From: Lingula anatina
Lineage: Eukaryota > Animalia > Brachiopoda
DNA: 64,000 bases
NCBI GenBank assembly: GCA_051362555.1
Contig: CM120640.1
Coordinates: 15,252,001-15,316,000 of the forward strand
Direction: 5' to 3'
The notes below the pieces were generated by a model. The model saw only the letters and a list, made by a program, of their open reading frames with translations. It was not told the DNA's origin and did no database searches. The position numbers and the translations under genes are program-made. The first letter of the stretch is position 1. Every line of letters starts with the position of its first letter. Shown in pieces: positions 26,281 to 37,378 of this stretch.

Positions 26281-29200
26281 ATGGTGCGCTGCAGTTGTCA
26301 TGTGTTTGTAGCGTTGGTTGTAACTCTGGTGTTCATTCCTGGTGTTGCAGCTCAGACAGGTATATTTTACATTTACTTCGTAAGCAGTGTTTTTTTTTTT
26401 TTTTTTTTTTCAAAACGAGTTATTTAATTTCTCATACTGTTGTTGGAGGCAGGGCTTTTATCAACCACGCCGGTCATAAGGGCAGAAAGTAGAATGTGTG
26501 TGTGTGTGATGGGGGGGGGGGGGGGGGGGGGGGGGAAGGGGGGGAGGGGGGGAGGGGGGCGCAAAGGTAATCGCTCGGTCCTCTTCTCCCTCCACAGTGG
26601 CTGATGTTTTTTTTTAAAGGTTTTCTCCCTCACTTAATATTTGCATCTTACTCATCTGTATTTCATTTTTAGAAGAAATCAATTTTTCGTATTATCCCCC
26701 ACTCTAAAAAACTTGACGTGACCAGAAGAATAAGAGAAACATGAAATTAAACTCTACTCGTCCGTTATGCAATACATAATTATTCTAACCACACCTTATC
26801 CAACATGGAGGACAATGATAAAAAGTAAGCAATAAACATTGCTGACAACTAAACTACAGGGTTACCACTTAATATGGAATATTTTTTATCATTGTTATTT
26901 TTTAGTGCTGATTAAATTTTTTTTGGCTTGAGTCATTAAAAAAGTATGTCACTGAGTGATAATAACATCCAGTCTTCTGTTGTGAGAAATTTTGGTCAAT
27001 AATATTAAATCTGACATAAGATGCCATTCAAAAGAAAGGAACACCCCCAGAAAACCATATCAACAGTTTGATGTCAGTATAAACTTTAAGATAAGATATT
27101 AAAGAAAATGATAGCCTCCGGACAGTGATATGTTACACAGTCAAAGAACTCACTACAGTAAATCATGAAAAGTCAGTAATTGCGGGTATGACCTCCAGCA
27201 GCCGCTTGCAGCGCCCTCATCCTACATGGCATATCCTGTGACACGTTTTTTAGAGTTTGGGTGGGGATATCATTCCACGCAGTGATATTTGCCTGTCGCA
27301 GTTCATCACTATTTACCGGCCGAGGACCATAGCTATTAATTCTGTGAGTTACTTCCGCCCACAGATTTTCAATTGGGTTCATATCTGGAGAGTTTGCAGG
27401 CCAGGGCAGTTGCTGAACCCATTGGTTTTGAAGAAAAACAGTGATTCTGCGGCCTCGATGTGGGGTTGCGCAGTCGTCTTGGTACACAAAGTTGTTCCTG
27501 AAGATGAATCTTACCAATCGAAGCATTGTTTGCTGTAGATCGTCTCTGTAGGAATCCTGGATGAGGTTGCCTCCTAGAAAAACCAACTGGTTCTGGGCAC
27601 CGACATGAAATGCTCCCCAAACAGAGACGTTACCATCCCCTGGTTGCACCCTAGGCAGTACACAATCATTGTTTTATGCCCCTCGTACACGTCGGTGGAC
27701 ACGGGTTCGATGATCAACCCTAAAAAATCCATATCTGGCCTTATCACTGAAAACAACATGATTCCAGTGTTTTGGCTGCAAACGCACGTGGTCCCCAGCC
27801 CTTTGCAGACGTCGCTGTATATGACCTGCTGTTAACAGTGGTCTCCCTACTGGCCTTCGTGCAAAATAACCGGCTTGCAGAAATCTCTTGTTCACGTGGG
27901 ACCTTGAAACGGGCGTTTGAATGACATTCTGCCTCTCTTTTCTGAGGACACTGGTTGTCTTTGTACGACCAGCACGGCGTCCACTAAGGAGAAGGCGATC
28001 CTGTCTTCTTGGTGTGATACGCAGACACCCTGGTCGAGGTATTGGAGTAGGTGCCCCTGTAGCAGCATTTCTTTAGAGGACTTCACAAACGGTTCCTGAT
28101 AAATGTTGAATTACCTGGCAATGGCTGTCCGTTTCTGGCCATTTTCTCTGAGAGCAAGAATCCTATAGTAAGCTGCGTTGCCTTGTTGTCGTACCATATC
28201 TTCACTAAGGTACCTGTCAAGTTTCAGAGCGATCCCCTTGTTGCTTCTCTAAACACGCTCCAAAGATTGACAAAACCCATGCGTTTTTATACAAGGGCAG
28301 AAATTGCCGAAAAGACCACCCCTCATATTTCTGACCATAGAACATGCAACTGCATGCATCAATTGTTTCGAGAGTTGTGTGGTAATTAGGTAACACACCT
28401 GGCTACACATGGAGTGACACCTCAGCTTTGGATTTAAAGTAGTTAGAGAGAAATTAAATATTTTGTAGAAAATTTATTCGCCAAAAAATAATATTCCATA
28501 TTAAGTGGTAACCCTGTATGTCAGGAAAATCACAGTATTTGTTCAGACAAAATGTACTCTCGTCCTTTTTTCAACGTCGCGCCTTTTGATTCCTTCTCTA
28601 GTGGCTCAGTTAACTTGTAAAAACAATACATTTTATTAGCTTCACTCACTCCAAAATTTTATTATCCGCAGGGGACAACGCTGGTCGACAGTTTGTCTTA
28701 GCGTACATGGAGAACAAGGTAGAAGTTCCCACAAATGAGCCTCTGGAACTACACGTAGCTACTCAAAAATCGAACGTGCGGGTAACAGTATCAGCTCCCA
28801 AATTCACAGGGACTACTGTGAATAGCAGTGTATACATGCAGAGTGAGGATGTGCGTATCATCACTATCCCAAGTTCCATGAGGATGGAAGGATCGAGAAT
28901 AGAAAACAAAGCCATCCTGGTTGAAGCCACTGATGATGTCATAGTGTACGGAATTAACAGAGAGCCTTTTTCAAACGATGGGTTTCTGGCTCTTCCTGTC
29001 AGTGCTCTGGGACGTGATTATTACGTCACAACGTACAGCCCGCCCACTATCATGGCTGAGATTGGAGTTGTTGCGGTCGAAGACAGCACGACACTGACAA
29101 TATCATTACCAACACACACTGATGGCCTCTCTGTTGCTTTCAATGGGCAGACGTACGCTAAAGGACAGGAAATACAGACAACAATCTCTGCATTCCAAAC

Positions 29201-32200
29201 CCTCCAGCTTCAAAGTGTCTCCGATTTGACGGGCACGCGAATACGATCGAATAAAAACGTAGCCGTTTTCTGTGGAAACGTCCGTACAAGCGTCGGGGTA
29301 GGGGACTCTCGGGACCATTTGGTGGAGCAGATCCCCCCTGTCACGTCGTGGGGCTACACATTTGCAGTGGTGCCAGTGCCGGGAAGAACGCTCATCGGTG
29401 ACTTGATCCAGATAATCTCAAGGGATAGCAACACGCGTGTTGAGATACGGGAGGCAGGGGCTACGATGCGCGTTCTTGATTTCAGTAGAGCTGGCGAAAG
29501 CCAGAATATTACAACATCCCCAAACGGCTACATATCCATTACCTCTACCGGTGGCCCTATATTAGTCACTCAGATAATTTACAGCCAGTTGTCAATGAGC
29601 GAGCTATCCGACCCGGCCATGATAATTGTCCCGCCAATGCAACAGTACAAAACCAGTTATGCTTTTGCAACGCCAACGGTAGCCGATAGAGGATACACCA
29701 ACTACGTCTTAATCGCTGTCCATAAAAGTGCCAAGGACGCCATTTTGCATAATAACGAGTGGCTCCAGCAATCTAACGTTGTTCTTTGGGAAAGCATTCC
29801 TGGAACTGAGTTAGTAGGAGCCAGTTTCAACATATCGTCTGGCCGACACTTTCTGTGGCATTTCACGTACACTACCCCGTTCATGCTGATACTGTACGGA
29901 GCCGCAGACAAGGAGTCCTACGCATTCCCTGCTGGTATGAAAACCGGAGCAGTTCAGCAGCAACAAGTAAGAGAAAACCAGCGAAATTTTATCTAAGCAC
30001 ATAAGATTATTTCAGCATTTCATGACCTTTATACACATACTTAGGCCTACGTGTCTCTTGTTTGTTCTTTACATACACAATCTTCACATTTGGAAAGTTC
30101 CATCATAAATGCAGTCCAAAGCTTATATTAAAATTTACCAAGCAGGGTTTGCTTTTGGTCTTTGAATATAGGTTTCTTCTGATCTTTTTCAGACATGCGT
30201 GGCACCACCAATGGTACCGGGGGATTCGGTGGATAACGATTGTGATGGACAGATGAATGAAGAGAAGTGTGACAAAATGGGTAAAATTTTCTATATATAG
30301 ATCTTAGCAGATACACATACACTGTGTATATTGTTAATGTCTCATGTTGAGTAAAGATAATATTTGGGTTCGGCTATAAGATTTTTGGGTTATAACTGTA
30401 AGACAAATGTATGAATTTGCTTATGAAACATTATGATTTAACTCTTTCTTTCGCGATATGCTTTATTCTTGCACATGTGAATTTCTGTGATATATTTTAA
30501 TAGATAACGATGGTGACGGGAGAGTGGACGAAGATTGTTCTGGTACGTATCCAGAGCTTTGCTCATAAATAAACCGAGAATATCTACTCCGAAATTTAAG
30601 TATTCAATATTTCTTTATATAATCTTTTTACAGAGACTGAAACAACTTAGTTTTAGTGCATTAACTTATCAATAGTTGTTGTGTATTCAACTTGTGTTAC
30701 AGTTGCACTGGATTCAAAGGGTTCGGACTTTCTGGTTATGTATCTTAACAACGTCGTACAGGAATTCACGGACCCTTACGACCTGGAGTTATTCATAGCG
30801 ACAAGTTCCAACCAGCCGGTCCAGGTGGACATCACTACACCCAGATACGCTTTTCCTTACGTGAAAAGTTCCGAAACCGTCAACCCGAACGAAGTCATCA
30901 GATTTCCCATTTCCCCGGAACTCCGAATGGAAGGAACAGACGTTTCCACCAAAGCAATCCAAGTTACAGCGACAGGGACAGTGGCTGTGTACGGCGTGAA
31001 TAAAAAGAAGTTTTCAGCGGACGCTTTCTTGGCCTTTCCAACCGACACATTAGGGACTGAGTATTACACTGTGAGTTATGCCCCTCCTACAATTGCAAGT
31101 GAGTTTGGTATTGTGGGCGTGCAAGATGGAACCTCTGTGACAATAGAACTGCCTTCTTCATCCCGATCTTCAATCAGCCTAAATCTTGGTGGTCGCACGT
31201 ACAACAACGGTGACAGATTCAGTCTTATTCTGAATAGATATGACACTCTGCATATTCAGAATTCGGCTGACCTTACCGGAACCCGTATTACGTCCTCTCA
31301 GAAGATAGCCGTGTTCAGTGGGAACGTCAGAACCAACATAGGCATTGGCACGTCTCGGGATCACCTTTCTGAGCAGATCCCTCCCGTTTCGGCGTGGGGA
31401 AAAGAGTTTGCAACGGTCCCCATTCCCCGTAGAACGACTGGAGATTTCTTCCGCATCATTGCCGCAAGAGACAACACTAAAATATTGCTGAGGTACATTG
31501 AAAGTGGCGGGGTCACCATCCAAAGGGAATTCATCGACATTCAGACCGCCGGGGATTTCGTAGAAAGAGTGGTGCCATCCAATGATTATTTATATCTTAT
31601 TGCCAACGAGCCGGTCCTGATGGTCCAGTTTGTTTACAGTCAAATATCTGACACTGAGACAGCAGACCCATCTATGATAATCGTCCCTCCCATGGAACAG
31701 TATGCCTTCCAGTATAGTTTCAGCACCCCTATATATTCTGGGGGAGTGGTTGGTGGGGATTACACACACTATGTGCTAATGGTGGCGCCTGCGGATCAAA
31801 TTGATGGGATTCTGCTCGATAGTGAAAGACTAAGTATCAGTAAACCTGGACTTGTATGGACACCCATAGCCGACACCACGTACTCGGGGACGTATTTTAA
31901 TGTTTCAAGCGGTGTGCATCACATTCGCCATAGCTCAAGCGGTGTCGCCATGATGGGAATTTTGTATGGCAAAGCAGACAGAGAGAGCTACGGTTTACCA
32001 GTGGGGATGCAGTGTGAAAACATTGCTTTTGTAAGTATGTCTGTGATAAAATTACTTCTTGAACTCAAGGTAAAAGAACAATCTAATTATGTTTTTCAAA
32101 CAAAGATAAAAGATAATTTAACCGTTTTCTTCTTCTACCCAACATTCATTCCTCCGAATCATTCTTCCCGTGCAATAGGTATATTTTACGTTATATATGA

Positions 32201-35200
32201 TAATTATTGTGCCCATATGGATAATCACAATGTTGTTTCCTTTCAGAGTTGCAACGCTCCACACATGGTAAATGGGGATGGACATGACAACGACTGTGAT
32301 GGGAGAGTGGATGAGGAATATTGCGATGGAATTGGTAAAATTTGACGTTTGCTTATCTTCATATCAGTTTTTTTGTTTACATATATTTCATTAACATTTA
32401 AGTAAGAGAAATGTTGCCAATCTTAATCATTCTGCTTCTCTGTGGTTAGATTTCAAGAGTATTTTATTGGTAGAATTTAAGATGTTTTATTGGCCTCATT
32501 ACAGATAATGATAACGACGGAAAAAAGGACGAAGACTGTACAGGTAATGAGTTCAAAGAAGCAATTATAAGACAAGCTGGATATATCTCACTACAAGCGT
32601 AACATTTAAGGAGCACTTTGGGTGTGCTTTAAGGCTTATAAAGCGAAAACCTAGGAAGTGTGTGGGAGCCTATGGCTCCCCTCACGGACTTCAAGATTTG
32701 GGATGTTTATGCCTTATTATTTAGCTTTTTAGAAGTGTAACGAATGGTAACTCTTTCTCTCAACACTGTTTCTTTGTGATAGTCAGCATATTACTGGATG
32801 CACTGTTGTACCCACAAAGCATTTGCCATCAGTAAGATTTTTTCATTGCGTTTTGTCACTTCTAAGCAACCTTGCGTTCACTATAATGATTATTGAAGTC
32901 TTATAAAGCTGAACTTTTTATTTCATCCAGAAACTTTGGACTCGAGTGGGAGAGAATTTGTCATAATGTTTATGGAAAACTCTGTTGAAGACCCAGTGAA
33001 TAGCCCCCTAGAGATTTACATCGCAAACACATATCCAACCGTTACCGCAACAGTCAACGTGACAACGCCATTATTTAGCCCTGCAATGGACGAAAGCGTC
33101 ACCGTCAGCCCTACTGAAATGAAAAGGTTGACTATGGCCAGGACCATTCAGACGACTGGAACAGGTATAGCTAACACGGCAATTCTCGTACAAGCTACCC
33201 AAGACGTTAATGTCTACACGGTCAACAAGGAGAAATATTCAACTGACGGCTACCTCGCCTTTCCAACAGACGTTTTGGGAACGAAATACTTTGCAGTGTG
33301 TTATTATTCCACAGGAAGCAGCAACAATTGCCAGTTGGGTATTGCAGCGCTGTCAGTTACTGTGGATGTTCAGATCGAAATGCCGAGAGGCCGCAGTGTT
33401 CCGTTAACTGTGACGTATAACGGGTACACATACAGAAGCGGAGACGTGATAAATCTGCGATTGACCAGATACCAAACGTTCCAGGGACAATTCAGTGGTG
33501 ATCTGACTGGTGCCGAGATTACCGCGACCCAGCCCATTGCAGTGTTCAGTGGGAATATTAGAACCACTGTGGGGAATGAATCTAGCTACCGTGACCATCT
33601 GGTTGAACAGATGCCTCCTGTTGAAACGTGGGGACAAGAGTTCTTCGCTGTTCCATCTCCAAGGCAAACCAATGGGGACATATTTCGAATAGTAGCAAGT
33701 GACCCGGCAACCCGCATTTCAATATCAGGATTTGGATTGACCCAAGAAGAGGTTACGATAGGGACCAGTGACTTTGTGGAAAGATCCTTCCCTTCTGGTA
33801 CATTTGCTCATATTTCAAGTTCTAAGCCAGTCATGGTGGTGCAGTTCACCAGGGGTCAAGCTGTTACCAGTGATGTAGGAGATCCGGCAATGGTTCTCGT
33901 ACCGCCTGTCAAACAATGGCAGTCAGAATACACGGTCACGTCTCCGCAGCAAGCCGGTACTGGTGCAGCATACACCAATTACGTCATGGTAGTCGCAGGA
34001 AATGCAGATAAGGACAACATAAAAATCGATGGCCAGACTTTGGCATCTCTAAGTTCTGGTCTGTCTGGCTCCATAAAGCGCCGTTCTCTTAGTTCTCCTG
34101 TGCAGTGGACTGAAATTCCAGGAACTACGTACGCAGGGACTGTCTTCCAGCTACCTGCTAATGCGCAGAGAGTCACCCATTCTGGAGACTTCATGGCTAT
34201 GGTGTACAGTGCAAGTGACAAAGAGAGCGTTGCCATGGCAGCTGGAACACGGCTGAAGACTTTGATACAACCAAGTAAGTCTTTCCATTAAGTATTGCGA
34301 TTTATTTAGTTTATTTGCTTTCTAAATTACTGATTGTGACAATATTGGTATCACCAAGTATTATATTCCACACTTCTTTCTCTTTACCTTATTACTGTTA
34401 TTCATGCTAATGAGTGGTTTTATATTTGGTATTCTCTTGAACTGAGATCAGAGATTTCATTTAGTAAAAATATTTTTTTCTTTCATTGTGGTTTTGTGTA
34501 ATGATGATGAAAAAGGAAATTGTTTCGAAAATCATGCTTCATAGGTAGAACACACTTTCGTAACGATTCCATTTTAATAATAATATCTTCAATCGTCCAT
34601 TTATCTAGTTAACGGAAATTGGGGAGCATGGGGAGAATGGGCCCCTTGTTCTGCGTCCTGCGATGGAGGGAGTTACTCAAGAAGACGTGCGTGTAATGAC
34701 CCCGCCCCTAGCAATGGCGGGGGAAATTGTGTTGGCAGCGATACTCACGTCCAAGTTTGTAACGATGTTCCGTGCACAACCAGTAAGTGGTTATTAAGAT
34801 TTTGACTGATTTTGCTTAATGACTATCGTGATCTCTTTTCGTGGTATTAGTGCTCCTGAATTGTTTTGTGATGGAGGGTGATATGGAACGTTCAATGCAT
34901 TAAGAGTACGGTGGGCTGGGCGTTGTTCACATGTAGTGTTTATGGAGTACATTTGTCGTTTGTAGCGATCGTTGGACCTCCTGGACCGCAAGGACCACCT
35001 GGACCTAAAGGTGAAAAAGGTGCCCAGGGCCCTGCAGGACCCCCAGGGCCAAAAGGACAACGCGGGCAGCAGGGACCGGAAGGGCCAACAGTACGTTATA
35101 GTTTATTGTGTGCCCATGGGGCGCCACAGCTGAAATGCATTACTTTTAGGCACGCAATAATCATTAGGCCATTATATACCAGAAATTTAATTTCCCTGAA

Positions 35201-37378
35201 CATGTTAACGCTTTTCCCTGAACCATCAAGGTATAGAAAGTAGCATTTCCAAGTCTTATTCCCCGCATTATTTCAACAGGGTCCTACTGGTGCTCAGGGC
35301 CCGGCAGGTATCCAAGGCCCTCAAGGAGTATCTGGGGTTCCAGGGGACACAGGTCCCAAAGGTGACAAAGGTGTGAGAGGCCCAGACGGTCCAGTTGGTC
35401 TTACCGGACCCACGGGTCCACAAGGCATAACTGGACCTACAGGATCTACAGGAGCCAAAGGGGACAAGGGCGAGCAGGGAGTGAAGGGGTCGAAAGGCGA
35501 CAGAGGTGCAACTGGTATTCAGGGCATTATAGGTCCAACGGGCGCCAAAGGCGACCAAGGTGTTCAAGGACTCCAAGGATTAAAGGGCGATATGGGAGTA
35601 GCGGGGCCCATGGGACCTATGGGTCCCCCAGGAAATAAGGGTTAGTGCGTATTTGAATGTGTAAATATTAATAAAAAAGTTTTTCGGCCCTTTTTTATAA
35701 CCATAGTTTTAATAAGTTTCAAACATAATGATATCAATTTTTTTCAATAATCATTTGAAAATGGTCATTATTAAGATAATAAAAATGTGTAATGTGCACC
35801 ACAGCGGAAATCCTATCTTACAATTTTTATTTAATTTTTCAGAGGTGGACGAATGCCAGACTAATAAGGGAGGTTGCAGTCACACCTGTATGAACTCCTA
35901 CCTGTCCTATCGCTGTGTATGTGACGCCGGGTATCAGCTGAACGAAGACAAGCATTCTTGTGCCGGTGAGGGAAAGCCTGTTGTCAATCACATTTAGTTG
36001 TTTCGTCAATATTGAACCGGTGTATATAACATTAATGAAATACTTGTTCGGACTCGAGCATATTTAAGTTTCAAGTGTGCTATTTTATTATAGATTAAAA
36101 AAAGGGTCATGCCAAAATAGCGTCTGCTTGAACTTTTTAAGGCTGCTATCAAAAAAAGAAAGTGCATTTTCCATTTACATAAATTTACATGGATTTGAAT
36201 ATTACCAGCGCCTCCTTTTTTCTACCACCTGATGTTGTCGTTATTGATGTTTTGTCAATCATTTTAGACGTGGACGAGTGTGGCAATGACAATGGCGGCT
36301 GTGACCAGTTGTGTTACGACGCAGTAGGCACCTACGTCTGCGCGTGCCGGACTGGGTTCAGACTGAGCCCCGACAGACACAGCTGTGAAGGTACTATTAC
36401 TAAATAATGTATTATTAAGAAAGGGGGTTGAAAGCAAATAATAATAACAGATCAATAATAATAAGAAAAAATAGAAATCAAAATAAATGAATATAAAGTT
36501 TAAAACATTTATGTCAGCCATGGCTGGATCTGTATCGTTGAATGTATTACATAGTGCGGGTGCTGTATTGAAAAGCTGTGTCCGTAAGTGATTTCAAGAA
36601 CTTGTTGTATTTTATGTGTTCTATCTCAGATGTTGATGAGTGTGCTGTCAATAATGGCGGGTGTAATTCAACACAAAAATGCGTCAACACTTTGGGGAGC
36701 CGAAGTTGCGTGATGACCATTTCGTCGTCTGTTGACTCCTTGGCACAATCGCTGCAGCTGAAGGTCACAGGTAAGTAATCATTCGAAATATCTCATTCTC
36801 CACTGTCTACAAAATCATACTTATTCATGAGTTTCAACATACCAAGCAGCCTCTCCCCATAAAAATGATTTGATGGACAGTCTTGATTCCATGTCAGGTA
36901 AATATAGAATAGCAATCTGTTATTCTTTTCCAGTGTAGGGCTGTTGTCGCAAACTGCGACAACAGCCCTACACTGGAAAAGAATATTAAATCGCCCCAAA
37001 GGGTCCTCAGGTGTTGTATAACAGAAACAAAAGGAAAATCTTTTCTCTGTAGTAGTACACTGATTTTGTACTCTTGTTCCAGAATTAACGACACTCTCGG
37101 AAACCATGTCTCAGGTTGTGAAGGACCAGACGGCCGCTCAATCGTCTGCTCAGACCGGCAACTGTGGCTATGATGCTACACTAGTGAATGGTTACCTCAT
37201 CATCGGCATTATTATATGGCTGATTGTGGTCACCTTAGTTCTACTGGGACTAGTTATATATCTGATTTACAAGAGGGGAAGAGACAAGAAATGGGAGAAA
37301 ACGCAGGAAAAACTCTCAAGAGAATATTCATATTCCAGAAATTCGCCTTCGATGTTTTCTGCAGTGAAAGCATATTAA
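26281..37378 (+). CDS. Gene B (complete, ~1880 aa): signal peptide, 3 FCGBP-N domains, 2 DxDxDG linkers, TSP1, collagen, 3 EGF-like units, TM, short tail
   Basis: Exons 26281-26359 ([26 protein letters not shown], signal-peptide-like), 28672-29966, 30193-30280, 30504-30542, 30703-32030, 32247-32334, 32505-32543, 32931-34274, 34609-34782, 34966-35090, 35280-35640, 35843-35965, 36268-36390, 36630-36770, 37083-37378; total 5643 nt, phases compatible. Confidence 0.87.
26509..26559 (+). repeat. Poly-G / G-tract cluster (G-quadruplex-prone) in gene B intron 1
   Basis: Long G homopolymer followed by further G runs separated by A residues. Confidence 0.7.
26857..28516 (-). mobile_element. Tc1/mariner (DD34E) DNA transposon, full length with decayed transposase
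   Basis: 27-bp perfect TIRs cagggttaccacttaatatggaatatt; TA target duplication at 26855-26856 and 28517-28518; minus-strand transposase fragments (about 28197-27173) [28 protein letters not shown] with 34 residues between the second D and E; broken across frames. Confidence 0.93.
34609..34782 (+). CDS. Gene B thrombospondin type-1 (TSP1) repeat exon, missed by the ORF track
   Basis: [56 protein letters not shown]: WxxWxxW, CS.SC and RxR motifs; phase 1-1. Confidence 0.92.
34966..35640 (+). CDS. Gene B collagen triple-helix domain (2 exons, 53 Gly-X-Y triplets)
   Basis: Exon 34966-35090 (13 triplets) plus exon 35280-35640 (40 triplets), uninterrupted. Confidence 0.9.
36921..36985. repeat. 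Perfect 31-bp-arm hairpin in the last intron of gene B
   Basis: tattcttttccagtgtagggctgttgtcgca - aac - tgcgacaacagccctacactggaaaagaata. Confidence 0.92.

Noticed and set aside
26424-26633. Poly-Pro ORF on the minus strand
   Set aside because: Translation of an intronic poly-G tract
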